Positions 8,130 through 17,455 of a DNA stretch of 64,000 bases are shown piece by piece. Each line of letters begins with the position of its first letter. Position 1 is the first letter of the stretch. The notes beneath the pieces were generated by a model. The model saw only the letters and a program-made list of their open reading frames with translations. It did not search any database and was not told the origin of the DNA. The DNA lies in NCBI GenBank assembly GCA_964464395.1, contig CAYXFY010000001.1, positions 77,918-141,917 of the forward strand, read 5' to 3'. This DNA comes from an uncultured Nitrososphaera sp. GTDB lineage: Archaea > Thermoproteota > Nitrososphaeria > Nitrososphaerales > Nitrososphaeraceae. The position numbers and the translations under genes are program-made.

Positions 8130-9452
8130 ATGAGTGCAAGGAAAGCGTACGACGACGTCCTCAGGCTGATGCGCGAGCATCATGACTGGTTCAACCGTTC
8201 CATCCCCCTTATCGCAAGCGAGAACGTGCCAAGCCCCGCAGTCAGGGAGGCTTGCATGTCCGACTTTGCAAACCGCTACGCGGAAGGCTGGCCCGGCGAG
8301 CGGGTTTACGCCGGCTGCGTCTACATCGACCAGGTGGAGCTTATCTGCAACGACCTTGCAAGGCAGGTATTCAGGTCCGAGTTTGCCGACTGCCGCGCGA
8401 CGTCCGGCGTGGTCGCAAACCTTGCCATTTACGCCGCGTTTTCAAACCCGGGCGACTGGATGATGGCAGCGTCCATTCCGACAGGCGGCCACATATCTCA
8501 CGGAAAGAAGGAGCACGCAGGCACCGCCGGCCTGGTGCACGGCCTCAACATCGAGCATTACCCGTTTCTGAGAGAGGAGATGACAATAGACGTGGACGCG
8601 ACAAAGAAAAAGATAGAGGAGATGGCCCGCGACGGCAAGAAGCCGACGCTTGCCATGTTCGGAGGCTCGCTGTTCCTCTTTCCCCATCCGGTAAAGGAGC
8701 TGTCGCAGTTCATGCATGACAATGGTATCCACATCAACTACGACGGCGCGCACGTAGCGGGGCTGATTGCAGGAGGCGAGTTCCAAGATCCATTGAGGGA
8801 GGGCGCCGACACGATGACGATGAGCTCGCACAAGACGCTCTGGGGCCCACAGGGCGGGATCATAGTTTCGTATGAAAAGTTTGCAGACGGCATCAAGAAG
8901 GGCATATTCCCGGGCAACACTTCCAGCCACCATCTTCATCATGTAGCCGGCAAGGCCATAGCGCTTGCAGAGTCGCTCGAGTTCGGTAAAGACTATGCTA
9001 AACAAGTAGTGAAAAACGCCAAGGCACTTGCGGCCGCGCTTGCAGAAGCTGGCTTTGGAGTGCTGGGCGAGAAAAGGGGCTACACGATGTCCCACCAGAT
9101 GGCAGTCGACGTCACGAAATTTAGCGACGGCGGCACGATTGAAAAGGACCTCGAAAAGGCCGGCATCATTTTGAATCGACAGTTATTGCCGGGCGACATC
9201 AAGGCCGGCAGGCACTACATGCACCCCGGTGGCGTAAGGATAGGCGTGCCTGAGGTGACGAGGCTTGGCATGAAGGAAAGCGAGATGAAGGATATCGCTA
9301 ATTTCATCAAGAAAGTCGTCGTGGAAAAGAAGGACCCGGCGCTAGTGGCAAAGGACGTGGCGGAGTTCCGCAAGCAGTACCAGAAGGTGCACTATGCGTT
9401 TGACAGCGCGGTGGGCGCCTACGAGTACATCAGCCTCGTGAACAGGCGCTAG
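8130..9452 (+). CDS. glyA: Serine hydroxymethyltransferase
   Basis: 440 aa. SHMT-wide similarity, including the SSHKTLWGPQGG PLP-lysine motif. Confidence 0.92.
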   Translation: MSARKAYDDVLRLMREHHDWFNRSIPLIASENVPSPAVREACMSDFANRYAEGWPGERVYAGCVYIDQVELICNDLARQVFRSEFADCRATSGVVANLAIYAAFSNPGDWMMAASIPTGGHISHGKKEHAGTAGLVHGLNIEHYPFLREEMTIDVDATKKKIEEMARDGKKPTLAMFGGSLFLFPHPVKELSQFMHDNGIHINYDGAHVAGLIAGGEFQDPLREGADTMTMSSHKTLWGPQGGIIVSYEKFADGIKKGIFPGNTSSHHLHHVAGKAIALAESLEFGKDYAKQVVKNAKALAAALAEAGFGVLGEKRGYTMSHQMAVDVTKFSDGGTIEKDLEKAGIILNRQLLPGDIKAGRHYMHPGGVRIGVPEVTRLGMKESEMKDIANFIKKVVVEKKDPALVAKDVAEFRKQYQKVHYAFDSAVGAYEYISLVNRR

Positions 9453-9748
9453 GCAAGGCGCGACGCGGCTATCCCCATTCCGGTGGATACCAGGCCACCT
9501 ACAATGGTCACGAACCCGACCACCGCCCAGTCGACCTGCGGCCACTGGACCTGGGGCCAGACAAGCTGGATGTTCGAGATGCTCAGCGCGTACACCCCAT
9601 TCCCATCAGGAATATCCCGCAGACTATGAGCGACATTATCTTTATCATCAGTTGTTGACTGCGGATGGCGCTTAAGGAAAATCGAGCGCAAAAGAGTTGA
9701 CTTGCTGTCGAGCTTTAATTGATGAGGTGGAAAAGTTTTGCAGAGCAA
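9449..9748 (-). CDS. Hypothetical small protein with C-terminal hydrophobic helix
   Basis: 99-aa ORF in an otherwise empty gap. Only the C-terminal TM-like segment VVGFVTIVGGLVSTGMGIAA supports it. The start is uncertain. Confidence 0.25.
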   Translation of the reverse strand: MLCKTFPPHQLKLDSKSTLLRSIFLKRHPQSTTDDKDNVAHSLRDIPDGNGVYALSISNIQLVWPQVQWPQVDWAVVGFVTIVGGLVSTGMGIAASRLA

Positions 9749-9779
9749 AATGCCGGGATGCTGCCAGCAAGGAAATCAG

Positions 9780-10748
9780 CTACAACGCCGGACTCTCGTT
9801 TAACATTAGCGCCAAAAGCGCCGCTCTCAATTCCTTCCCGTTTGCAGCCTGCCTGAAGTACACCGCATTCTTTGACACGTCCACCGAGTGAGATATCTCG
9901 TCAAGGCGCGGAAGCGGGTGCATCACCGAAACGTCCTTCTTGGCCTTCTGCAGCGTCGCGCTGTCTATAGTGTAAGACCCCTTCACCTTCTCGTACTCCT
10001 GCAGGTCGGGGAAGCGCTCGCGCTGTATCCGTGTCACATACAGCACGTCTGCCTTCCGCAGCACGCCGTCAAGCTCGTGATGCTCCGTTATCTTGAGCTT
10101 GCCCTGCACGTCGTATATCGACTCTTTGCGCACTGCAAGAGACGGCGGCGACACTAAATGGACATCCACCTTATAGTTGGCAAGCCCGTACAACAGCGAA
10201 TACACTGTCCTTCCATATTTCAGGTCGCCCACGATCGCTATCGATAATCCGTCAATCCCGCCCTTCTCCTTCAGGATCGTATACAAATCCAAAAGCGCCT
10301 GCGTTGGATGCTCTTCGCTGCCGCTCCCGGCGTTTATTATCGGGTTTTCAGACAGTTCGGCGGCAAACCTACTAGAGCCATCCATCGGGTGCCTGAGCAC
10401 TATGACATCTGAGTACAGGTCGATGACTCTTATCGTGTCAGCAAGGCTCTCGCCCTTTTCCACCGACGACGACTTTAATTCCGATATTCCAATGGAACTG
10501 CCGCCAAGCGACGCAATTGCGGCTTCAAAGCTCATCCGCGTCCTTGTGCTAGGCTCGTAGAATATGTAGCCAAGAGTCCTGCCCTTGCCTAGCTCTCCTC
10601 TCTGCGACGGCTTCATCGCCCTTATCTTGTCGGTCGCTGAAAAGACGTATTCGAGGTCGGACTTGGAAAAGTCCTTTATCGAGACGATATCGCGGCCGTA
10701 AAAGGGGTTGGCCATCGCTATTTTGAAAGTGGGGGCCGTAATAAACAC
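9780..10748 (-). CDS. pyrB: Aspartate carbamoyltransferase catalytic subunit
   Basis: 322 aa. STRTR, HPMDG and HPLPR motifs. No pyrI follows it. Confidence 0.92.
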   Translation of the reverse strand: MFITAPTFKIAMANPFYGRDIVSIKDFSKSDLEYVFSATDKIRAMKPSQRGELGKGRTLGYIFYEPSTRTRMSFEAAIASLGGSSIGISELKSSSVEKGESLADTIRVIDLYSDVIVLRHPMDGSSRFAAELSENPIINAGSGSEEHPTQALLDLYTILKEKGGIDGLSIAIVGDLKYGRTVYSLLYGLANYKVDVHLVSPPSLAVRKESIYDVQGKLKITEHHELDGVLRKADVLYVTRIQRERFPDLQEYEKVKGSYTIDSATLQKAKKDVSVMHPLPRLDEISHSVDVSKNAVYFRQAANGKELRAALLALMLNESPAL

Positions 10749-11120
10749 TTACTTGTCAAAATAGCCGGCGGTGCGCTGGAACTCTGACAGGAACTTTTTG
10801 GCCTCGATGTCGTCTTTAAAGTAGAGCGCAAAACTGGTGACATACTTGCCGATGACCAAGCAGTACTCGCCGTCCTCGCCGTCCTTCTCAAATTCCAGAT
10901 AGTCGAGGTCGTTGGGGCCTCCCTTGAACCCGTCGTTGTACAAGACAGCCTGCATGAGGTTGACTATGTCGTAGAACTCGCTGTACTTCATGTTGAAGTC
11001 GACGCTCAGGCCAAAGTCGGAAGACTCGACATGGAGGTTGAACTCGCGACTGTTCTTCATCAGGCTGAAAGAGAAATAGGTCATCTCCGTCAGCTCTGGC
11101 AGCGTTTCGTCGACTTCCAT
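10749..11120 (-). CDS. Hypothetical acidic protein
   Basis: 123-aa ORF abutting the pyrB start. I recognise no motif. Confidence 0.5.
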   Translation of the reverse strand: MEVDETLPELTEMTYFSFSLMKNSREFNLHVESSDFGLSVDFNMKYSEFYDIVNLMQAVLYNDGFKGGPNDLDYLEFEKDGEDGEYCLVIGKYVTSFALYFKDDIEAKKFLSEFQRTAGYFDK

Positions 11121-11141
11121 GCGCCCCCTAGGTAAATACGA

Positions 11142-11414
11142 ATGTTTATTTTAACTTGCTTGTCTGCATGTCTCATCATGCCGGCGTCGTTTGTGTATGG
11201 CAACATTACACTCGACTTTGCAATAGAAGGCAGGCCGGCAAAGGTCACAGTAAAGTACCGCTACTATGCGCAGGACAAGCGCGTGGAATATGAGAGCATA
11301 GAATGCGACGACGAAAAGCTGAGGCAAAAGATAGAGAATGATCCGGCCATGAGAGAACGCATCAACAGCTACGTTGCCAGAGCCCTCGAGAAGCGCAACG
11401 AGGGGCTCAGCTGA
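11142..11414 (+). CDS. Hypothetical protein
   Basis: 90-aa ORF. The start is possibly at an internal Met (MPASFVYG). Confidence 0.4.
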   Translation: MFILTCLSACLIMPASFVYGNITLDFAIEGRPAKVTVKYRYYAQDKRVEYESIECDDEKLRQKIENDPAMRERINSYVARALEKRNEGLS

Positions 11415-11498
11415 AAGCGCGCTACAGAGGCGCCATAGCGGGGTTTTTAATAACTGCCGGCCCTATAGAGGGCCGGACCGACGGACAGAACATAGCCC

Positions 11499-11792
11499 AT
11501 GTCACACGAATACCGCGACCGCATATACATCAGAAAGGACATCATACTCAAGCTCACCGAGTACGGCGAGTTGAACCAGACATCGCTTCTGAGCTACTGC
11601 GGCCTGAACCTGATAAAGCATAAAGACATTCTGGACGACATGGAGGCAAAGGGCATAATCAAAAGGGTGGAGGAGCCCTGGGGCAACAAGAAGGTGATAA
11701 AGTACAGCGTGACAGAGAAGGGCAAGGAGTTCTGCAGCAACATACTCGGGCCGTACGAGGACATGTTCCCGCGCCGGGAAAAGAGGAGTTAA
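11499..11792 (+). CDS. Small winged-helix DNA-binding protein
   Basis: 97 aa. Helix-turn-wing pattern (LNQTSLLSYCGLNLIKHKDILDDMEAKGIIKRVE...KYSVTEKG). Confidence 0.6.
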   Translation: MSHEYRDRIYIRKDIILKLTEYGELNQTSLLSYCGLNLIKHKDILDDMEAKGIIKRVEEPWGNKKVIKYSVTEKGKEFCSNILGPYEDMFPRREKRS

Positions 11793-11834
11793 CAATGTTA
11801 GTGAAGTGTTTTAAGAGCAATAATCCAAGGAGGC

Positions 11835-12206
11835 TTGGCAATGGCTGAAGATGCACCCGCCGAGCGCAAGGAGAACATATTTGAAGTTCTTGACGAGCTG
11901 ATATTCCACCTGAACACGACCAAGAGCACGTTCACTTTCCTGATAGCGTCCGCGCTCATACTTGCGCCAATAACTTTCATCGTCGCCGGGGTGTTCGTGT
12001 TCCACCCGCGCTTTCTGCCGCTCTTGCTTGAGCGCGTGCCGCAGATAGGCGCCATCATGTTCGTGTTCATAGGAGTCTCGCTCGTGCTTGCCGCCATATG
12101 GCTTGGCATCGGCATAAAGGAGAGGAGGTTCTTTGCACGGTGGAACAAGCGCTATTCAAGGTTCATGTCACTCAGAGAAAGAATGGACAAAGAACTTGGC
12201 GACTGA
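11835..12206 (+). CDS. Hypothetical two-TM membrane protein
   Basis: 123 aa with two long hydrophobic segments. Confidence 0.55.
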   Translation: MAMAEDAPAERKENIFEVLDELIFHLNTTKSTFTFLIASALILAPITFIVAGVFVFHPRFLPLLLERVPQIGAIMFVFIGVSLVLAAIWLGIGIKERRFFARWNKRYSRFMSLRERMDKELGD

Positions 12207-12284
12207 TCGTGAACCTTGTTCACTAACCGTGTTCGTTTACAAAGGCCCGCAAACGCCTTTTTAACTCCTGTGAACATAGATGCG

Positions 12285-12851
12285 ATGTCTACAAGAACAT
12301 CGAAAACAACTGCCGTCGCGCTGGCTGGCGTCGTGGCTGCTGCAATTTTTGCGGCAGCCGCGTTCTCGCCTGCAAGCGTGCTGGCGCAGGAAAGCGAAGA
12401 AAGCGAGATTGCAGAAAACCAGCACAGAGGAACCTTCAGGATGGCCCGTGGCGCCGGGATTGCGACTGACGTCGCAACAGGCGAAAACTTCAGGACGGCC
12501 TTCCAGATAGTGGCGCAGCTGAGAAACGACCAGAGCACGCCTGACAGGGAGCACGAGATAGTCCGCGGACAGATAGTGGTTGGCAGGGACGGCGAACGCG
12601 TCCACTATGCGTTTGTGCCCGAGACGTGGAAGATAGCAGTCGCAGAGGACGGCCGCACGTTTGAGGCTGCCGGCGCCGCAGCTGACCGCGAGGGCAACCA
12701 GTACAGGGTCACCTTGGACGGCTACTTCGGCATGCACACGCGTGGCGGAAACATCTGGTCGCTTGAAGGAAGTCTGACCGGAAGCGACGTCGAGTACGAG
12801 CTGCACTATGCTGCAATCACGAACCCGATGACAACGGTGGCGAGGCGCTAG
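12285..12851 (+). CDS. Hypothetical secreted protein
   Basis: Signal-peptide-like MSTRTSKTTAVALAGVVAAAIFAAAAFSPASVLAQ. The ORF track starts earlier, at 12216. A T7 run follows the stop. Confidence 0.6.
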   Translation: MSTRTSKTTAVALAGVVAAAIFAAAAFSPASVLAQESEESEIAENQHRGTFRMARGAGIATDVATGENFRTAFQIVAQLRNDQSTPDREHEIVRGQIVVGRDGERVHYAFVPETWKIAVAEDGRTFEAAGAAADREGNQYRVTLDGYFGMHTRGGNIWSLEGSLTGSDVEYELHYAAITNPMTTVARR

Positions 12852-12863
12852 GCCTCCCACCAA

Positions 12864-12870
12864 TTTTTTT
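12864..12870 (+). terminator. Oligo-T tract (archaeal-type terminator candidate)
   Basis: TTTTTTT 13 nt after the stop codon at 12849-12851. Confidence 0.4.
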
Positions 12871-12904
12871 CAGACTTATTAGGTCGCACGACCCATAAGA
12901 CGGC

Positions 12905-13535
12905 GTGAAGGTCGGTATCATAGGCTCGGGCGACGTGGGCAAAAAGCTGGGCGACGGCTTTGTCGACCTCGGGCATTCTGTGAAGATAGGCACGCGCGAC
13001 GTGACCAAGCTTGCAGAGTGGGCTTCAAAGCACGGCGGGCGCGCTTCTGCGGGCAGTTTTGTAGACGCCGCAAAGTTCGGCGACATCGTCGTGATAGCGA
13101 CGTCGTGGTCCGGGACCCCGAGCGCGATAGAGATGGCCGGACAGCATGGCCGGCAAGGTTGTCGTCGACGTTACCAACCCGCTTGACTTTTCTTCGATGC
13201 CGCCAAAGCTGGCGGTAGGCGGCGCCGACTCTGCCGGCGAGACCGTGCAGCGATTGCTGCCGAAGGCAAGGGTGGTCAAGGCCTTCAACACAGTGGGCAA
13301 CCCGCACATGTACAAGCCCAAGTTCGAGGAGGGCGCGCCGACGATGTTCATCTGCGGAAACGACGACCCGGCAAAAAAGATGGTCACCGACTTGCTGACG
13401 GCATTTGGCTGGGACACCGTCGACATCGGGGGCATCGAGGGCTCGCGGTACCTGGAGGCGCTGGCCATGATCTGGATAGCCTACTACTTCCGCACCAACA
13501 CCGGCAACCACGCGTTCAAGCTACTGCGCAAGTGA
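12905..13535 (+). pseudogene. NADPH-dependent F420 reductase-like / NADP oxidoreductase, interrupted by a +1 frameshift
   Basis: ORF 12905-13186 carries the Rossmann motif MKVGIIGSGDVGKKLG. ORF 13146-13535 (KVVVDVTNPLDF...) is the C-terminal part of the same family, in a different frame. Deleting nt 13133-13145 joins them in frame. Confidence 0.75.
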
Positions 13536-14239
13536 GCATAGGTTCATATCCACTTGCCCCGGATCAAGCGTGTAACGTGGAGATTTACCGCTATACGTTT
13601 TACAAGAGCCCCAACATCGGGATATTCGTCAGGGCAAACGACAGCGTGATGCTCCTGCCGCAGGGCTTTGCCGAGACCAAGAGCGACAAGCTCGCCGAGT
13701 ACCTGCAGGTCCGGCCCGTCCCCACCTCCATAGCCGGCACCAGACTCATAGGGCCGATGTCGGTGATGAACAACAACGGCATACTGCTGCCCTCCCTTGC
13801 AGACGACGAGGAGGTCGCCTGGCTCAGGCAGAACACCGGCCTCAAGGTCGAGAGGCTTGCAAGCAGGTTCACCGCGCTCGGCAACCTGATTGCGGCAAAC
13901 GACAACGGCGCGCTCGTGTCGCCCCTCCTGAAGGAAGTTGAGGGCCAGATCCAGGACGTGCTGGGCGTCCCTGCGCACAGCATAGGCATAAGCGGCTTTG
14001 TGCAGACAGGCGCCGTAGTAGTAGCCACGAACGCGGGTGCGGCCGTCCACCCCAAGGCGACTGAGGACGAGGTCGAGGCGGTGTCAGAAGCATTGCAGGT
14101 GCCGGCGGAGCCCCTCACGATAAACGGCGGCGTACCGTTCTTGTCGTCAGGCATAGTGGGCAACACGAAGGCAGTCGTCGTGGGAAGCCTTACAAGCGGC
14201 CCCGAGCTTATCATGCTCAGCAGGATATTCCAGGCGTGA
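13532..14239 (+). CDS. eif6: Translation initiation factor 6 (aIF6)
   Basis: 235 aa. SPNIGIFVRANDS and repeated eIF6 pentein-fold pattern (NNNGILLP, NDNGALVSP). Confidence 0.85.
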   Translation: MSIGSYPLAPDQACNVEIYRYTFYKSPNIGIFVRANDSVMLLPQGFAETKSDKLAEYLQVRPVPTSIAGTRLIGPMSVMNNNGILLPSLADDEEVAWLRQNTGLKVERLASRFTALGNLIAANDNGALVSPLLKEVEGQIQDVLGVPAHSIGISGFVQTGAVVVATNAGAAVHPKATEDEVEAVSEALQVPAEPLTINGGVPFLSSGIVGNTKAVVVGSLTSGPELIMLSRIFQA

Positions 14240-15452
14240 GCTACCCACAACTCAAGTCATGGGCTTTTTCCTGCTTCCTCGACCGACGTACGATCTCTGC
14301 AGGCGTAACTTCCCGGCGTTCCACCGGTAGCAAAAGCAAGCCTCTTTGCAATATGTTCAGGCTTGCATTATAGTCACGGTCAATCACAAGACCGCATTTG
14401 TCGCAATGGTGAGTACGCATCGCGAGTATTTTTGGGACTTGACTATGACATCTTGAACAGTTGACAGATGTATAGGCGGGGTCAACCTCAACAGTCATTC
14501 CCGCCTTGTATTCCAACATAAGTTTGAATGTCCTCCAACCTGAATCTAACACGTATCTAGCAACCCGGCGATTCCTTGCTATGTTCAAAGTGCGCAAGCG
14601 TTCTAGGAAGATGATGTCATACCTAGAAGCGTAATATGTTGAAGTCTTATGAAGAAAGTCATTACGTTTTCTGGCTATCCTTTCATGGAGTCTTGCAATC
14701 CAGCTCTTCGCTTTGCCATAGTTCTTACTATCTTTCTGCCTCCTAGAAAGTTTACGGTGAGCACGGCGTAGCGGCTTGAGCATTTGCTTCAGGAATAATG
14801 GATTCTCTATCTCGTGGTCAGCCGAGTCATGGGAAAATTTCGTGATGCCTACATCAATGCCTATTGCTTTTTGTGGATCAATGAAAGAGAATATCCGCCT
14901 TCCAATCTCACAGGCAACGAGCGCGTACCAGTGTCTGTTCTTTCTGCATACAGTAATCTGTTTGATATTGATTGGTTGACGATGTAAGCGTATCTCGATG
15001 TATCCTATCTTGGACAGCCACAGCAAATCTGTATTTCCGTGTCTTGTAATCTTGAATCCTGACTGGTTGTAGGTGAAAGCGTTGTACTCCTCATGTGTAA
15101 GATAGCGCAGCCTGCCAATTCTGTGTCCCTTCTTTTTTAGCGCAGACAGCGATTTGATGTTGGCTGCTACCTTATTTGACATCATCTGAAGCATTTTGGA
15201 ATGATAGTTGTACAACCATGCCTCCTGTTCCTTAAGCTCCGTAAGAGCATAGCCCATCTCGTATTTCGATGAAAGACCAGTGCTGATGAAATAGTTGTAC
15301 ACCCATCTACAACCATCCAAGGCTTCTACAAGCCTTTGTTCCTGTTCGAATGTTGGATATAAACGAAAGTTGTAGTTACGCAAGTAGCTGGAATAATGAC
15401 AATCGGCGCGCACTATTTAACAACTGTAGCACTCAGGGGAGAGGGGGAGCTC
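14236..15452 (-). mobile_element. IS200/IS605-family element, tnpB-only (IS1341-like), family 1 copy 1
   Basis: Bounded by a left-end motif (reverse complement CTCCCCCTCTCCCCTGAGTGCTACAG...TTAAATAG) and a right end ...GGGTAGCTCAC, both shared with the copies at 46133 and 63807. No tnpA. Confidence 0.75.
14241..15413 (-). CDS. tnpB: TnpB (IS605 OrfB-family RuvC nuclease)
   Basis: 390 aa. RuvC triad contexts IGIDVGITKF, IIFLERLRTLNI and IDRDYNASLNI. Zinc ribbon CSRC...CDKC. Confidence 0.9.
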   Translation of the reverse strand: MRADCHYSSYLRNYNFRLYPTFEQEQRLVEALDGCRWVYNYFISTGLSSKYEMGYALTELKEQEAWLYNYHSKMLQMMSNKVAANIKSLSALKKKGHRIGRLRYLTHEEYNAFTYNQSGFKITRHGNTDLLWLSKIGYIEIRLHRQPINIKQITVCRKNRHWYALVACEIGRRIFSFIDPQKAIGIDVGITKFSHDSADHEIENPLFLKQMLKPLRRAHRKLSRRQKDSKNYGKAKSWIARLHERIARKRNDFLHKTSTYYASRYDIIFLERLRTLNIARNRRVARYVLDSGWRTFKLMLEYKAGMTVEVDPAYTSVNCSRCHSQVPKILAMRTHHCDKCGLVIDRDYNASLNILQRGLLLLPVERREVTPAEIVRRSRKQEKAHDLSCG

Positions 15453-15496
15453 CATGAAAGGCGAATCTATTCTGTCTATAAAGGTGCGAAGTTTAT

Positions 15497-16309
15497 TTGT
15501 TTCCTGCGTTCTTCACGCTAGTAGTGTTCACAATAGAGATTCTCTGCGTCGGAAACGAGCTCCTCTCCGGTATCACGCTCAACACCAACGCGCACTGGCT
15601 CGCAGCCAGGATTGCTAGGGCCGGCGGGACGGTGAACAGGGTCACGGTTGTAAGAGACGACCTGAACGAAATATCAACCGCTGTAAAAGAGTCGCTTGCA
15701 AGAAAGCCCGGCCTGCTGATAATAACAGGCGGCCTTGGCGCCACCTACGACGACATGACCCTTGAAGGGGTCGCAAGGGCACTTGGCAGGAATGTAGTTT
15801 TAGACAAGCGCGCGGTGCAGATGCTGAAAAACAGCTACGCCTACCGAGGCCTGCACTACAGGATTAACAAAACTAGGCTAAAGATGGCGACCATCCCGGA
15901 GGGCTCGACGCCTATAGAAAACACAGTGGGAAGCGCCCCGTCTGTCATGATAAACAACATTTTCTGCGTGCCCGGCGTGCCGAGGGAAATGAAAGCGGTG
16001 TTTGAGAGTCGCATATTGTCAATAATCAAAGAGCGTGTCGGCAGGTTCGTTTCAAAGGAAGTCAACTACCGCGTCAGGGGAGTGTCCGAGGCCATGATAG
16101 CGCCGGCGCTCGCAAGGATAGTAAGGGCAAACCCGGACGGCATGTACTTGAAGACGCACCCGAAAGGATACTACAGGAAGACGACGCCGCAGATCCGCGT
16201 CCAGCTTGTCTGCAAGGGCGACGACGCGAAAAAAGTGAAGCAGAGGCTCGGCAGGATATCAGAGCAGCTGCTCAAAGAGATAAAGAGGCTGGGCGGCAGG
16301 GTGTCATGA
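15497..16309 (+). CDS. CinA-like / MoCF-biosynthesis (MoaB-Mog fold) domain protein
   Basis: 270 aa. IEILCVGNELLSGITLNTNAHWLA and ITGGLGATYDD motifs. Confidence 0.75.
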   Translation: MFPAFFTLVVFTIEILCVGNELLSGITLNTNAHWLAARIARAGGTVNRVTVVRDDLNEISTAVKESLARKPGLLIITGGLGATYDDMTLEGVARALGRNVVLDKRAVQMLKNSYAYRGLHYRINKTRLKMATIPEGSTPIENTVGSAPSVMINNIFCVPGVPREMKAVFESRILSIIKERVGRFVSKEVNYRVRGVSEAMIAPALARIVRANPDGMYLKTHPKGYYRKTTPQIRVQLVCKGDDAKKVKQRLGRISEQLLKEIKRLGGRVS

Positions 16310-16551
16310 TACGATATGTTCTTGCCGGCATCGGCGCGGGGGCTGCTAGCGCGCTCTACCTCTATGTCACGTACCATCCGCTGCTGTTGCACGGCGCAAT
16401 TCACGCGGCCATATTTGCGTCGGGCATAATCGCGATGCTCATCACAAAAACGTTGACTGCGAAAAAGGCCGGCGCCTATGTCGCCGGCGCGCTGCCAGTC
16501 CACCTTGCGATACATTTTCTTGTGATAGGCGACCTCAGCTTACCGGTGTGA
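16306..16551 (+). CDS. Small hydrophobic membrane protein
   Basis: 81 aa with three hydrophobic segments. 4-nt overlap with the upstream gene. Confidence 0.5.
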   Translation: MIRYVLAGIGAGAASALYLYVTYHPLLLHGAIHAAIFASGIIAMLITKTLTAKKAGAYVAGALPVHLAIHFLVIGDLSLPV

Positions 16552-17455
16552 GCCAGTCCCTGAACCTGTCATCCTTGCCGTGAGCTGCAGCTTCGAAAAG
16601 CTCTTTGAGCCTCTTTGTCACCGGGCCGGGCCTGCCGCCGTCCCTTCCCACCAGCCGGTTGTCTATCTCGCCTACCGGCTTTACCTCCGCGGCTGTTCCT
16701 GTGAGGAACACCTCGTCTGCAAAATACAGCTCGTCCCGCGCAATGTTGCGCTCGACGCACCCTATGCCGTACGCCTCCGCTATTGCCATCACGCTGTCCC
16801 GGGTTATGCCGCACAGCGCGCCTATCGAAGTAGGCGGCGTCGCAAGCCCGCCGTCCTTGACGACAAAGACGTTCTCCGCCGACGCCTCGACCACCATGCC
16901 GGCAGAGTTGAGCATTATCGCCTCGTCAAAACCCGCCTTTATCGCCTCGACGCGTGCAAGCGCCGAATTTGCATAGTTGGCGGTCGCCTTGGCGTGCATC
17001 GGCATCGACTTGGGGTCGAGCCTCGCCCACGACGAGGTCATGAGCCGGGCGCCCTTTTCCTCGCCGGAGCCCTTGATGTATTCGTCCCACTTCCAGACCG
17101 CTATCGCCACTGACACCTTGTTTGGCATCGGGTTTACGCCCATCTTGCCGTAGCCGTAGAATGCAATGGGCCGGACGTAGCACTCGGCCATGCCGCTTGC
17201 CCTGACTGTTTCAATCGCGGCCTGCTCCAGCTGCTGTCTTGAATACCCAAGATCCATAAAGTATGCCTTGCCGCTGTCTATCAGCCTCTGCATGTGGTCT
17301 GCTAACCGAAAGAGCGCGCTGCCGCGGACCGTGCTGTAGCAGCGTATGCCTTCAAACACGCCGGTGCCGTAGTGCAGACCGTGCGTAAGCACATGAATCT
17401 TGGCGTCGTCGTAGTCTACCAGAGACCCGTTGAGCCAGATCCTGGGCTCTGTCAT
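16535..17455 (-). CDS. ilvE: Branched-chain amino acid aminotransferase
   Basis: 306 aa. Class IV aminotransferase pattern (HGLHYGTGVFEGIRCY, EVFLTGTAAEV). Confidence 0.9.
   Translation of the reverse strand: MTEPRIWLNGSLVDYDDAKIHVLTHGLHYGTGVFEGIRCYSTVRGSALFRLADHMQRLIDSGKAYFMDLGYSRQQLEQAAIETVRASGMAECYVRPIAFYGYGKMGVNPMPNKVSVAIAVWKWDEYIKGSGEEKGARLMTSSWARLDPKSMPMHAKATANYANSALARVEAIKAGFDEAIMLNSAGMVVEASAENVFVVKDGGLATPPTSIGALCGITRDSVMAIAEAYGIGCVERNIARDELYFADEVFLTGTAAEVKPVGEIDNRLVGRDGGRPGPVTKRLKELFEAAAHGKDDRFRDWLTPVS

Noticed and set aside
7341-8183. A 280-aa antisense ORF covering the histone-deacetylase-family gene.
   Set aside because: Its composition is low-complexity and Arg/Val-rich. The sense strand carries unambiguous HDAC active-site motifs.
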